64,000 bases of DNA from Takakia lepidozioides (Eukaryota; Plantae; Bryophyta), in NCBI GenBank assembly GCA_030704615.1, contig CM060734.1, positions 24,490,001 to 24,554,000 on the forward strand, in the 5' to 3' direction. This document shows positions 12,517-25,700 of this stretch, one piece after another; positions within the stretch are counted from its first letter, which is position 1; each line of letters begins with the position of its first letter. The translations under genes were made by a program, and so were the position numbers. The notes under the pieces are model-generated. The model was not told the origin of the DNA. It did not search any database and saw only the letters and a program-made list of their open reading frames with translations.

Positions 12517-12909
12517 GCATGCGGAACCTGAATGGGTTGCATTGTTCCGAAACAACACAATTGCGGCATGTCTTGATGATCACAACTTGGTTGTCTGACC
12601 GTTTTAACTAACAGTCCTGGCACTTGTCAGTGCGAACGTTCATGTCTGCACCGAGAATACTGCTGGATCCACCCTCAGGAGAAACTATCAGGAGATGTTA
12701 TTTCGTCGCCGAATCGGCCATCATTGTCATACTTACTGGCTATGGAATCACACCTCCCACCTTCATGCATGTAGCTTGAAACAATATTTTCCACTTCAAT
12801 GTGCGACTTCCAATCGTCGATGGACTCCGCAGATCCACTTACAAGGTGCCTGTGAGCCTTGGTCTGTCGCTATACTGAACCTCGCACTGCCAACTTCGTG
12901 CGGTCTTCG

Positions 12910-13382
12910 ATGGCTCCGAATTCCTACGCTATAGTTTGCTGTTCTCCGCAACTTGGGAGAGCCTCGATCCCAAACGAGGGAGGACTTTGCAGAGTGACTG
13001 AAACTTACATTTGTTCCAAATTCAAGCTCAAACCGGGCACAATTTATTTGGAAGAAGAAAGGAAGGATGTTCCTGGACAGGTTGACGAGACCATTGTCGT
13101 GCTAGGTAACGACGGAGGTTGCGGAATTGAATGGCACGTACCCCCATCAGACACCATCCTGTACCGAGCTGTGGGAATGCCCATTCCCTTTCCGAATCAG
13201 TCGCTGCCCACACCATCCACAAAGGAGTCCAGAAACCGACAGGCGGCCACTGCCAACAGAGAGGTATGCAACGATAATCATTCCCGACCTGGACCCTCAA
13301 GACCCTCCATAGCTTCTCGCGTGGACGTATTCGACATTTTCGACGAGGAAAATGAGTGCATTGAGGTCCCCATGTCCTCCAC
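12910..13382 (+). pseudogene. N-terminal fragment of the family A MULE transposase
   Basis: MAPNSYAIVCC...EVPMSST is almost identical to the translation of 30168-30640. Confidence 0.88.
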
Positions 13383-13780
13383 TTGCATGCACATTGCACA
13401 TGTTGTAATTAAGCATATGGTTTAAGAATGGAATAAATTTTTTTTCCTCAACAGACTCTGGAATGTAAAGATGTTGCAAGCTTTCCCCGTGATACAACAA
13501 AGACGAAAATGGATTTGGAAAACTAGGAAGTTTTGGCACTGAGTTGTTTTTTGAATTGACAGATACATTGGTTGGAGATGGAATGCATGGAGGATGCTTG
13601 CATTGTTTTTTTGCACTGTCTCTATAGAAGGCCAACGATCGTTGAAGCTTTTAATTGCGTAATAATTGATGAAGATGCACAACAAGTAGAAGCAGAGACT
13701 GGTATTATCACCCAGATGAAGGAACTGAAGTAGATCATTCTTGTTGGAGATCACTCGGTGTATAAAGCTTTGGCCTTATC

Positions 13781-15804
13781 TCAAAATCAACATCAAATCA
13801 AACTTCAAATCATCAAATCATCAAATCAAATCATGAATACAATACAATTGAACCTTGCGATTCCAGCACCGTCCGCGAGAGGGCGGAGCTCCGCCCTCCT
13901 CTCATTATCGCCGCCAAATACCGTAACCATGACTATCCTCTAGGGTTCCTCTATTCTTTTCAGCACTCAAAGGCTTTTTTATCTCATCTGTAGTGGCTCC
14001 GCTATTTGACAGGCTTCTCAGTTAAGCCACGGTCACCGCCATGGCGTCTGCCCCTATCTCTCCTGCTGCTACGAGGAGGTCTCCTCACTTTCCATCACGG
14101 TCTGTCAACACGCCTCACAAGAGTAGTATGGACTCCCCTCTAGGCGTTTTACTACTGCTTTTAGAATGGTCTTTACTTTCCAAAGTTTCTCTCATGGAGT
14201 TTGATCCGCGCGGAGCCCATCTATTCAGCTCACGGCTTTTTACAACGACACGATGTGCGGGTGGAAGCTCCTCCACCCTCCCTCTTTGTTCCAAGACGCG
14301 GCCCCTACAGTGAGGTAGCACCCACCCGCCACCCTCCCCGTCCTGCAGCGCCGGCGAGTGCTGCTCACAGCAGGCCTGGAATGGTCCTGGATCACCCCTC
14401 TCACAGGATAGGCAACACTGCTACTCCTGCTTGCTATGACCCCAATACCCTCCGCTCCAAATATCTGTGTTATGATTTTGGGCCTCACCTCGAAGTAAGA
14501 GAGAAGACTCCGACCGAGGCCGGCGTAACTAAGAGTCACTTCGCCTTGCGGCTACTGCCCCTTTTCAGGGGTGGGCCCTATGTAAAAATAACCGGTGTCC
14601 AGGGGACACCAAGTAAAACGTCTGGGGGGGGGGGGGGTGGTATCCGGTAGAGATGGTATCGTGTGGCACCCAAAGGGCCCCAGGGGGGCCCCCCATGGGT
14701 GCCCGCCGGGTATCCATATATATGTATTTAGGATGCAAGAGCAGGGTTTGATTCGAGCTGTCAATTGTTGGTGACGATAGCAGTGAGAGAACGGAGGGCT
14801 GTGAGGTGTATGGCTTTGAAGCATTTATGGATGGAGATGATAGGAAGATTAAAGTTATTTTTAAGTTCAGAGATGCTGGCCTCATGGATGCCCCCTCTAG
14901 TGTCGGCAGTGATGACAGTGAGGGGGCCTATGGCCCATCCCCTCCGGCGGATAGCAAGAATGAGTGGTGCATATTTTTGGCGTTTTTCGAGGATGGAGGA
15001 GTTGGGGAAGCGGTCATTGCAAAATGTGAATTCTAAGAAGTGTATGGTAATGGCGGGGGAGGGGGCAGAGGGCGGTGGAGCGTTGATGGGGAGCCCCTAT
15101 GAGGATATCCGGACAGAGGCGGGAAGGGCATGTACATGATGTGTGGGGGCGACATATACAAGGGAGTAGCCACGTAGGTACCGTGTGGTCTGGGGGCCGA
15201 CCTTGGTAGATGCCCGCATTGATAAGTGAGAACCATCTGGTTTCATTACGTCGTTGTAGGAGTTTGTGGATGTGCCATACAGCGTGGTTGTGTCGTGCAA
15301 TACGAAGTCCATGAATGATTGGGTGGGGGCATTGGTTAAGAAGGTGGAGCCAGGTATCACATGTGGCGTGGATGTGGGAGCACAGAGGGCAGTTTGGTGA
15401 GGGGTATATGGCTGGCCAGAAGGTGTGTTTGCGTTGGTGGCCCATGTACTGGTCGTAACAGAATTTAAGGGTCTGTCGTATTTGAGCGTCTGATGCGGCT
15501 TTGGTGTTCCAGAAGTGGTTGGAGAGTTTGTGGTGGAGTACATCGGAGAGGGTCCACTTTTGGATGTGCAGTTTGGTGTGGCTGAGAGAGGTAGAAGCTT
15601 GTTTATTGGCTTTTTTGGTCAGGGTAGTCAGAAGATTTTGGATTGGCCTGGGTGTTGGGGGGTCAGGGACTAGGTGTATAAGCCAAAAGGGGTGAGTATG
15701 AGCGATGTGTATGGGGTCATCCGAGGGTTCAACTGTAGGTTGGGAGGCACCCAGTTGGGCGAGGAGGTCAGCCTCCTCGTTGCCGTGGATACCTATGTGT
15801 GAAC
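13781..15804 (-). mobile_element. Non-LTR retrotransposon 3' fragment with RNase H + CCHC + restriction-like endonuclease (Dualen/RandI-like)
   Basis: Minus strand reads SHIGIHGNEEADLLAQLGA (RNase H end, ~15745-15804), CPLC...HLLNQC...RHNHAV, then PDIL...EFTFCND...EKRQKY (PD-(D/E)xK type); (TTTGA)n-like tail at ~13781-13850. Confidence 0.75.
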
Positions 15805-16653
15805 TGATAACGGCTAAGATACGAGGGCCAGATAGCGAGGGTCACAAGGGGACATACCGAGTGGTGATTGGTTTACACTACGGGCAGAAAAGGCTAAGTA
15901 CGCGGCACTTAGCAAACAGCGGAACAAGGGTACATTACCACGGGAGCAGTAGTGGGTAGTGTAGCAACCGTGGGCCGTGAACCACGATATCACACGGCCA
16001 CGTTAGCAGCGGCTTTTACTAATAGAGGAAGTAGTGAAGGACCGTGGACCGTGTACCACTATGGCACACGACCACTACAACGAGCCACTTTTTTAGCAAA
16101 CCATTTAGATTGCGTAGGCAGTTAGACAAACGGTCATTAACGACTGCAGGCTGTAACGGCTCTTTCGAGCATAGTATAAAAGGGTTGCACGCAACTTAGA
16201 AGGTATCAGTGATCAGTGTGTATTCATTGGAGTCAGAGTGATTCGAAGTGTACTTATGCTATGATGTGATGGACTCTGAAGTAAAGCCATGCTATTCCAA
16301 GTATCTATGTGTAGAGTGAATGTGAGATGGAGAGAATGTGCATTATGAGAGAACGTGAGATGGTGAGAATGTGTATCATCTCATAATAGCTCTTGATTTG
16401 TCTTGACTACCATCTGACGTATGAACAAAAAAGCTTCAATCTTTCCGACTAAGATCTTTTAGGCTAGTAAGACTGTAGGTTGGGCTTAATCAATAGGATT
16501 AAGCAATCTGCATAGATATTGATTCATACGACGGCCATGGTTTAGTTATCGTTTCTGAAAGCATACCGTCGTACAACCCCTGTTGCATGTCTTGGGAAAT
16601 GGGCAGTAGTGCTGAAGGCCTGTTTTGTCTAAGTCATAAACCAGTGGTTAACA
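15805..16653 (+). repeat. Putative Gypsy 5' LTR
   Basis: Starts exactly where the LINE ORF is cut; TG/CA termini with imperfect inverted ends; TATAAAA near 16175; followed by a PBS-like site. Partner LTR not in the window. Confidence 0.7.
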
Positions 16654-17726
16654 TTTGGCGACCGTACGGGGAACTAACGGTATGTTGAGTTCAAGTGAAC
16701 TCAAGGAAGGATGGCTACTCAGTGATTTCTTGAAATCACAAAAGAACAAGTCAACGGAAGCAGAGGAATGGAAAGCATTCCTGAAAAAATTTCATGGCTT
16801 ACCAATAGCAATACAACAGAAGATCTTTCTTTCAACTGCAAAAGAAGATGACAAATGGGGATTAAAAAAAGGAGTGATCAGTATTACACGAGCACCTTGG
16901 GAATGTAGAATCAGAAGTGAAGAATGGTTGTCTCGTCTAGCTTTATTTATTACTCTAATCCCAATCAGAAAAGTTTGCTACACTAGTTATATTTTCAGGG
17001 AAGGATGTTCAAATTATGAATATTGTCATATGATCATAGAAGCAGTGGAGTACTGGATACCCAAAGACTTGCTACAAGTCAGATACACTGAGAAAGACAA
17101 ATGGTATTATTGTGCCCATTAAAAGATTGGTGATCAATCAGTAAAGGAAAATTAAGTCGTGATACAGATTCTGGCAAGATAATTTAAATCTTGGAGAAAG
17201 GGTAGAGACCACTATAATTTTCTTTGCTGACATACTTAAAGGGTGCTGAAAAGGAATTATGTATATGATGTGGGAATGAATGAGGAAATTAAGGAAAAAG
17301 CTAAGCAAGACAGAGCTGAAAGAATAGAGAAATATGTTGCAGAAAGGGAAGCTCGGTTGAGAAAAGAGTTCCCAGAATTACAAAACTTGAATATTATTCA
17401 AGGTGAGACATCAAGACAAATTGACAGTGATAAACCAGAAGATCGGGGAATCGGATCTTTGGAAAGTGAGAACACTACACCAGAAGGAGTTGCAAGTAAT
17501 GCACTTGGCGAATGGTTACCACAAGAAAGATCTGAAGGACCTTCTACAGTAACAAGTCCGAATCGAGGTTTTGCTGAAATATTGGAAGAAAAATTTGAGA
17601 ATATTCTGAGTGAAGAAGGTGAAAAAAGTGAGACTACTTCTCCATAAAGGATAACCAAGACTACACTCAAGGCTTTTAAAGCTTCATTAAGCCTAAGTAG
17701 GGACAGTAGCTCGAAGACGGCTATCA

Positions 17727-18630
17727 TTGGGACAAGGACCTCCTAGTTTTGAATCATTGTTTGGAAGACAAACACCAACAACACCACTAGCCTTGACAAT
17801 CCCAACACCACCACAGCTAGCAGCAGCAGGACCATTCCAGTTTGGACAACCAGTTGCACCAGCAGCACCAATGGCTTTAGCGGCAAGCAAAACCAGACCG
17901 CCGTTTCCTTTATATGATGGGAAATCTGATCCGGATATCCATCTTAATCAATTTGAGAACATGTGCACCATTACAATGAAGCAACAGACCAGGAAAAGAT
18001 CCGATTATTTCCTTGTTCAATGGCCAGAAAAGGCATTGAATGGTTGGCAAACTTTCCAGCCAATCACTTTGCAAATTGGGCGGATATGAGAGCCGCATTT
18101 CAAGAACGATATAGATCCAACAAATCCACGTCTGAAATCTTCACAGGATTACAGAACCTAAGAGAGAAAAAGAAAGAATTGGTAGTCGACTACCTAGAGA
18201 GAATGAAGACTCTGATCAGGAAGCTACCTCAAGCACCAGGTGATGACTTGCAAAAATCATGGTTCATCAACGGACTTTGTCCTGAATATGTAACCATGGT
18301 TACAGTCATGCCTAACAACACTTTGGCTGAAGCAGTAGGAACTGCAAAGAAATTGGAATTGGGATTTCATCAAAGCAGAAGTAAAGATTCCAAGGATCCC
18401 TTGGAAGAAGAAGACTCTGATGATGAAGAAAAACCCAAGCAAAAGAAAGAAGTGATTGACAAAACCACTTTGGATCAGAAGATAGCAAAGGCTATCAAGA
18501 ATTTTAAAGATGAAGGGCCACGAAAGGCAACATGGTGTCACAAATGCGGGACTGCAGGACACTTGGCAATAGAATGCCACATGAAAGACAAATACTGTGA
18601 TATTTGTCATATGAACAATCATAAGCCAGT
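17727..18630 (+). pseudogene. gag: Ty3/Gypsy Gag (frameshifted, two zinc knuckles)
   Basis: YDGKSDPDIHLNQF; IRLFPCSMARKGIEW...WADMRAAFQERY; CHKCGTAGHLAIEC; CDICHMNNH. Confidence 0.85.
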
Positions 18631-18981
18631 AAATAGGTTTGCACTGCCTTTCATTGGGGGTTTCTGGCACGTATCGATTTCGTTTTCGGCTCAATTTTGT
18701 TCAGCGGCTTCCAGCATCCCACCGCTACTCCCCCGCCGGAATTCGGACCAATCAAAAATGCCCCCAAAAAAGGGTGTTCTCTTCGTTCACTATTGCAGAA
18801 CTCTCTATGAAGAGTGCACGAAGTAGAACACAAATCAAGTTTGGAGTGCAAAACAGGGAAGAAACTGTGGTTTTGGGTCCAAATGAATTTTGATCGCTCC
18901 CAAATTTGGCACGCACGTCAGCTCGTCATATCATTGCACCATCGTCACATCAGTATGCCATAGGGAACAAGAGATAGTCGC

Positions 18982-19481
18982 NNNNNNNNNNNNNNNNNNN
19001 NNNNNNNNNNNNNNNNNNNNNNNNNNNNNNNNNNNNNNNNNNNNNNNNNNNNNNNNNNNNNNNNNNNNNNNNNNNNNNNNNNNNNNNNNNNNNNNNNNNN
19101 NNNNNNNNNNNNNNNNNNNNNNNNNNNNNNNNNNNNNNNNNNNNNNNNNNNNNNNNNNNNNNNNNNNNNNNNNNNNNNNNNNNNNNNNNNNNNNNNNNNN
19201 NNNNNNNNNNNNNNNNNNNNNNNNNNNNNNNNNNNNNNNNNNNNNNNNNNNNNNNNNNNNNNNNNNNNNNNNNNNNNNNNNNNNNNNNNNNNNNNNNNNN
19301 NNNNNNNNNNNNNNNNNNNNNNNNNNNNNNNNNNNNNNNNNNNNNNNNNNNNNNNNNNNNNNNNNNNNNNNNNNNNNNNNNNNNNNNNNNNNNNNNNNNN
19401 NNNNNNNNNNNNNNNNNNNNNNNNNNNNNNNNNNNNNNNNNNNNNNNNNNNNNNNNNNNNNNNNNNNNNNNNNNNNNNNNN
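18982..19481. other. Assembly gap (500 N)
   Basis: Run of n. Confidence 1.
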
Positions 19482-19562
19482 GGGGGCTGCTATTTCATGA
19501 GCCATGAGCCATGAGCGGCATGAGCCATGAGCAGAGTCGTAAGTGTGGAAAAAAACATGAGC
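19482..19562 (+). repeat. Left TIR + subterminal (CATGAGC)n, element A2
   Basis: ctatttcatgagccatgagccatgagcggcatgagccatgagc. Confidence 0.85.
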
Positions 19563-19941
19563 AGCACTATTTTCCGGAAATGAGTGTCCGCGGGAATAGG
19601 GTTTAGGGTGCCACGGTCATAGGGGGAGAAGGACCTCCCGATGAAGGAGGTTCGGCAATGTTATTTAGAATTATATATTGAAAGGCAATGTTCGCGAATG
19701 GTAGGGTGGTACTGCTCTGTACATGGGGGCCCATTTCAGCCTACAGCCACTTGCAAAATCCACCCACACTCCCAATCCCAAACGAAATGAGCAATGACGC
19801 ATTCTCGGAACGATGGACACAGAATAGAATAAAAAGAGGGCACAATGAGGTTTTTATTGATCCACATGAATTGCATTTGAAGCACGTCTACTGTGCTGAT
19901 TGTGCAATCAAATCTTTAGCCCTGTGCCTACTGAATACAAG

Positions 19942-20504
19942 TCACGTTGTCAATGGGACTTCGACTGCTCTCAGAACTAGCTCATGAGTCATGGGGCTCC
20001 TCCATGTAAAGTCGATTGCAGCCGTTGTACCGCCCCTAGTGATGTTCACCACAATGTCCTGCCCTTCAATCATACCACCATCGAATATGGAAATCTTCAC
20101 GTTTTCGTCGTCCACACCAATGCGAATGTCCCCATACAATGGAGAAGAGGAGCGCACTCCTTCAGGAGAATAGGTCTCTCCGATGGAGTCCACCCACGTC
20201 CAGTGGCAGCAGTTCCACCGCAACAGCATAGCAGTGCGCCTTCTTCTGCATGGGACCGTCGTAGCTGGGAAAATCGGAATCGAGGATGCGCAGGAGCCAC
20301 GGACTCCTCAGACCAAGATCGTCACCCCGCTCGAAGGCGTAGTGGCCTACGATATACTCAAAAGCCACCAATGTTTCCACACATCGAACCAGTATCTTCT
20401 GTGTAATCTGTGTACCAGATAACAATGTCTCCCGATGTGGCCGAATACATTGCATAATCGATGCCTCCAAATGGGCAGTCGTCCCGGTTCCGGAAGCACG
20501 GCAT
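19942..20504 (-). pseudogene. Unknown 'RWNCC' accessory protein, paralog 1 (frameshifted)
   Basis: SGDIVIW / WLLRILDSDFP / RWNCCHWT..IGE..GDI..G.I...DIVV, homologous to 21028-21605 and 59041-59592. Confidence 0.75.
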
Positions 20505-21027
20505 CCTTGCAAAGGAGGACCTGAGGACGACTTGGATGCCGATGACAATGACCTTGCGGACAGCTACGAAGCCCTTAGATTTTGGAAATGATGCGAAGCG
20601 GAAGAGCAGTCCGGCCTCCAATAATGGAGCATCTGGGTCACCACGTACCACCGACGGAGGTGGATGAACCCATACATCTTTCTCATCAACAAGTTATAGT
20701 TTGAGATCTGCCACCGAAGTCCATCCCCCGGATGGAAATTCGGCGCCGCATTTACATCGAAGAGGGGATGGACTTCGTCGTGTCCAGTGGCTATCGGCCC
20801 ACCTGGCAGTGACCCCATAGTTTGCATGGCAGGGTAGGAAAAACGGCTACATTCATGCAGCAGCCAATCTTCATCGGTCCAGGATCCTGTAGGGGGAAAT
20901 TTAAATGTGCCCTGGAGTGTTTGTGAGGAATTGCAGCGTTAGCTTGAACTTTTTCCAGCCACCGCGCTGCTCCTCCTCCATCCGGGAGCTGCTGTCATTG
21001 AGCGTACTCCGCTACTCTTTTTCAAGG

Positions 21028-21605
21028 ATGCCGTGCCGCCGAAATCCAGCCGACTGCCTTATCATGGCCACGATTATGCTATGTTCAAACCAGAATCAGG
21101 AGACATCATTGTCTGGCTCTCTGTTTTCACAGACGCTGCTGGAATCAAGCAAGAGTCTTTGCGCGCAATGGAGTATCTGGAGGGCTATTACCGCTTTGAG
21201 CGAGGTGAGGGCGAGGGTCAATGCGGTCCGTGGGTCCTGAAAATTGTTGACCTCGATATACCAAGCTGGAAAGGGATGCCGGAGATCACGCACGGCCTCG
21301 CTTTGGCGCTGGAACTGCTGCCAGTGGACCAGGGAGGACGGCACCGGGGAAAACTATATACGTGCAGATCACTCCGCTCTTCCAGTGTATGGAGACATTC
21401 GGCTGAGTTGCGAAGACGAATCGCACGGGCACATGAGCCCACAGTGACCGTGTCGATGTTGATGTGGTATCATTGATGGACATGACATTGTCGCGGCTCT
21501 AGCAAGGGCAGCAGAACGACCGAATTGCAGTTTACCTCGAGGTGCCGTAGCAGTAATGAGCTTGTTTTGAGGGTATCGGGTATCGAAGTTCCGTCGACTT
21601 GGTGA
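21028..21605 (+). pseudogene. Unknown 'RWNCC' accessory protein, paralog 2 (frameshifted), head-to-head with paralog 1
   Basis: SGDIIVW..LRAMEYL..WVLKIVDLDIP / RSRTASLWRWNCCQWT..GEN..GDI / VPSTW*. Confidence 0.75.
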
Positions 21606-21860
21606 AGCCCATGTAGAAGGAGGAAGGCTTAGTTTTTTGTCTGCAGTTGGTAATGTGAGACATCGTGTCCGATCATAAACCCATCGTACCTCACTTCTGT
21701 GTGATTGTGTTTCTTCTGTTGAATAACTGTCGAATGGCCCACTGTTACAATTTGATGTCTCATTTCTACAATTGTGTGTCCGGATGAATATACCAAGCAG
21801 TAACCGGTATGAGAGTCATGTGCAAAAAATATACCAGAGTAAGCCATGTCGGACATTGAA

Positions 21861-22548
21861 AGGCGGGGCACCGCATTTCCGCGTCCGCATCGAAATGCGG
21901 GCATCATTTCCGTCCAGGTACACGAAGCAATACCAACACGGGTCTTAAATTGGACAGACAACGAGGTTGGCATTGCAAATGCGGCGACGCATTTCCAGCT
22001 TGGCAATGGAAACTTTCTTTTGGACAAGGGAATGACGGGTGCGGTGCCGCATTTCCGTCCAACACTCGGAAAAGTGTGGACATTTCCGACCGCGCGATGG
22101 AATGCGTTGCCGCATTTCGTGAGAGGGTCTGCAAATGGACAAATTGCGATGTCCGTTCTGAAATGCGGCGCCGCATTCCATGTCCGTCATCGACTTTTTT
22201 TGACAATGGAATGCGGTGCCAATTTTTGCTGATGGGCCGGCAGTTCGAACAACGACCATCCCCAATAGGAAATGCGGCACCGCATTTTCAATTCCGCCAT
22301 CTCGACCTCCTTGTTCGACCTCTGATAAGCGTGGTTGGGTGGCATCCATGAAATGAGCGGGAGAGGCAAAACTGGCGTGTGGACAAGGAAATTTGGAAAT
22401 GCGGCACCGCATTCCAATCGGCCGATTACTTTTTACTATGCCAACATTGAAATGGAAAATTTAGTCCCTCCCCTGTTTGGAAATGCGGTGCCGCATTTCA
22501 AAAGAGGTTTTAGAGTTGCAAAATTTGGAAATGCGGTGCCCCATTTCT
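21861..22548. repeat. Second, looser cluster of ~11 family A palindromes
   Basis: GGAAATGCGGYRCCGCATTTC variants at ~21976, 22037, 22098, 22159, 22268, 22395, 22479 and 22526, with non-repetitive spacers. Confidence 0.9.
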
Positions 22549-22709
22549 GATTTTGGAGCGTCGTGGTTTGGGCGATTGTGTGGCTGGAATGCACACTGGA
22601 GAGGGGTCACGAATGTCGGGGGAATTTCCTTTATATACTCTGGAAGAGAATTTACATTTACAGAGACTTCATTAAAATTCTATTAATCTTGAAAATCATC
22701 CGAATTCCT

Positions 22710-25700
22710 CATCCTGTTCTAGACTGTCCTGCTCCGCTCCACCCCCTCATGCCTTTCTCATCTCCAGCGGACTGCTCGTTGGCAGGCTTTCAAAAATACC
22801 ATCTTCCCCTTGCGGAACTGTCCATCTCACCTCGTTGGGTCGTCTTCCTCCCTGTCTGCGTCGCTCTCATCCGCTGAATCACATATGTACTTTGTACCCG
22901 TCTACCTATCTGAGCTGCTGCCAACCTCTTTCCTTATCCTTCGTCCTCCCTAGCCCTCTCCAAAATCTGCTCTACTTTACTGGGATTCTCACTTCTTCTA
23001 ATCGCTATATTTGCGAGTTTAGCTGCATAACTAGGAAGGGAGTAGTCCCTCACCGGGCTCGTCATGAAGTCGGCCTCGCAAAGAACGGGACATTCTTCCT
23101 GGCAGGAAGTGTAGGCCCTACATGTTTCGACCCGGACCCTGCAATCCTGCACATGACAATCATCAACGAGACTAATGAGAACCACGGTCGGGAAATTCGT
23201 TTGACAAAAATGACCCAGAAGGCTTTGCAAACTTACAATGTTTGCACTCACTCGTATTCCGGTTCTCCTCCGCATCAATGTCCACTGTGTCTTCCTCGGA
23301 CTCCGACGAATCCGAGGAGACTTCCGCTCTGTTGGGAGCCTTAACATTCCGTTGCAGCCCCCAGATGGATCCCCACACGGATGAATCCTCCTCGTAGGCA
23401 AAGAGGTGCCGGTCGGAAAACCGCCCAGCCCACATTGAGGCACCTGTTACAATGCCATCCACACATTACCACATGGCGCTTCAGATGTTGCGAACTACAT
23501 CCTAACGAGAATTTGCAGAACAACATAGATCAAGATTCTACATACCCGTCCCACAGATGAGGTCGAGCACTGTGCCCTCCACGTCTGTGCATGTCTCCAT
23601 AATTGTCTGAATGAAGGCAGGGCTCCGAGTCCGTGAGTACCGCAGGGGTTCCGTTGAAGTGAGGCTATGAGGGAGAAGTTCCTTGGAACGTTGTTGAACA
23701 GAACGTCGTAATCGAGGGGTCGCAGTTCGGGTCAACCTTTCCTCCCTCCTTCCGGAAAGCAAAGGTGGAGTTCTCCTTCACAAAGCAGTATGCATCGAAC
23801 TGCTTCGTCTGCATACACAGGGGGGAACGATTAGAAACCGAATGCGGCACCGCATTTGAAAACACCCAAGCAAATGAATGGACGAGTGCCAGTGTCGTAA
23901 TCACCTTCTTCCCTTCCGACCAAAGGCCCAGTGTGTTGATGCACGTCCACTTCTTTTTCAGAATCGGGACGGCGCTCTTGCGGGTCCACTTCGCAATTCC
24001 TGTCTGAGTGTTTTTTCCTCTGCTCGCCAGGACAACCACACAGCCTCTGTCGTCCAACACCATGCGGGCAAGCCCGAATCCTTTCTTCCAAAAGTCCTCC
24101 GAGTACCTGTTCCAAGATGGCAAAAGCTTGCAGTCCTTCCACAGGCTCTCCGTCCGGAATATCCAAGATGATCATATCGCAAGACCACTCGGTGGCATTT
24201 CCGCCCCTCCTACAATCCTTGTCTGCACACACCCTCTCAAAGAACGAGACCATATTCTGAAATCCTGGGGTGTCGGAAGGCTCTTCGGCAGTCGCCTTCT
24301 TCAGTGCTCTGCCCTTCAGACCCTCCATGGTCTTCATGTATGCCAACTTGGCTGCCCGTCCATCCAAAGCCGCCAAGAAACTCTCATTTACACACTGGAC
24401 TACTGTTTCGGGAGCCACTTTCGGCCTCTTCATTTCCACCGGCTCGAAAGGGTGCCCCCCTGGGGGGTTGAAGAGTGCCTTCTTTGCCGAGCCAGTTCTC
24501 GTGCCTCTCGTGACAACGGTGGGCACAGGGGAGGCAGCCTGCGTTTGGGGGGGTGGGCTGGTTGCAAAGTCTCCATCGGAGTCCTCTTCCTCACCCTCTT
24601 CCTGAACAGGCTGTTTCTGCTTCTTCGTTTTGGCGGGTGTCACAACAACTGCTCCTTGCTGGCGAGTCCTCTTCTTCGACCCCTTCTGTTGGGCCTGCAC
24701 AGCTGCATCCACCGTCTTTTGTGCCATCTCAGCTGCCTTTCTGGATTCTTCCAGAGCAGCAGCAGATTCCTTTGCCGACTTTGGCCCAGCAGGGACACGT
24801 CTTTCCTTTCTCTTCTCTTCTGCCAAGGCGTGCAGATCTTTCTCAGACTCGTCAACAATACCGCCAGACATATCCAGGTACCAGGGGCATCCAACGAGAT
24901 GCGCGGGATGCCATTGTTTCTGCATCTCGGGTGTGTAGACACAGCTTGGGCCCGCCACGGTCCAAGCCATGAAGAACGGGGGCTCTTGAGCCAGGGCCCC
25001 TGTCTGAAGGAGCACGTATTTCATATACCTGCAAGGCAGTCAGCATGCGTGAGCATAAGATTGGACGAACCTACTCGCAGAGTGCCACCGAAAACATAAA
25101 ATGCGAATGCGGTGCCGCATTTCCGAGACAAACCTCGTAACCAGGCTTCGCATACAAGGGCAGCTGTGCTTCACCTGTAAACAATTCACATTGCAGCTTT
25201 CCCCGCTCCCTCCTGATGTGTAAACTCCACGCTCCTTCTTGCTGTCTGTAGCTCTTTGGCGAAAATGGTTGTCCTTGTACGCACATCTGAAACGTGTCAC
25301 GTAGTCTTCCAATGTCTGTGTTCCATCCCATTTGACGTACAAGCCGAACGAATTTGTGTGCATTACGACTTGCTCCTTCGCATTCGACATTACCTGCGAT
25401 TCCCAAATGCATTGTCACGTAGCAGTTCAGGGAATTCATTCAGAAAAGCAAATCTGGGGAAGTACCTTGAATTACCTGGAACCACCAAGTCATGCGGTTG
25501 AGCCACACATCCACTGCAGGGTCGGAAACTTCCAGTGGAAAAGACCACATTGTCCTTATGCTCTCGGATGCATTCCAGATCGACAGCCACCGTGTCTGCC
25601 ATTTCCGATCCAATGTCAGGAGCTGGAAGAGAGTGGCTATTGCTAGGAAGGAACTTCAGTGCATTGAAACCTCACCTTCTCTTTCGCCTCAACACATGCC

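Larger units (their letters stand above)
6098..13382. mobile_element. MULE family A, truncated copy A1 (ParB-MTase gene, palindrome array, transposase 5' end)
   Basis: Colinear with and roughly 90% similar by eye to 22767-30640; homology ends abruptly after CATGTCCTCCAC at 13382; no TIRs. Confidence 0.9.
15805..18630 (+). mobile_element. Ty3/Gypsy 5' fragment (LTR, PBS, upstream ORFs, gag) inserted in the LINE RNase H
   Basis: Putative LTR 15805-16653 (TGATAAC...GTTAACA), PBS-like TGGCGACCGTACGGGGA at 16656, retrotransposon gag downstream. Confidence 0.8.

Noticed and set aside
11061-12623. Many overlapping ORFs with RKCGAAFPF / EMRCRIS / GNAAPHF repeats (also 28186-29893 and MNFGAEIH ORFs at 61057-63235)
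   Set aside because: They are translations of stop-poor palindromic repeats in all six frames, with no sign of coding.
13383-13780. Possible downstream kinesin exons between A1 and the LINE tail
   Set aside because: Acceptor-like sites exist, but there is no recognisable kinesin sequence or consistent frame.
19597-19608. Telomere-like TAGGGTTTAGGG
   Set aside because: Fewer than two units; at most a telo-box.
24008-25099. Long plus-strand ORFs (also 6878-7907)
   Set aside because: Antisense shadows of the GC-rich minus-strand ParB-MTase exons; no recognisable motifs.
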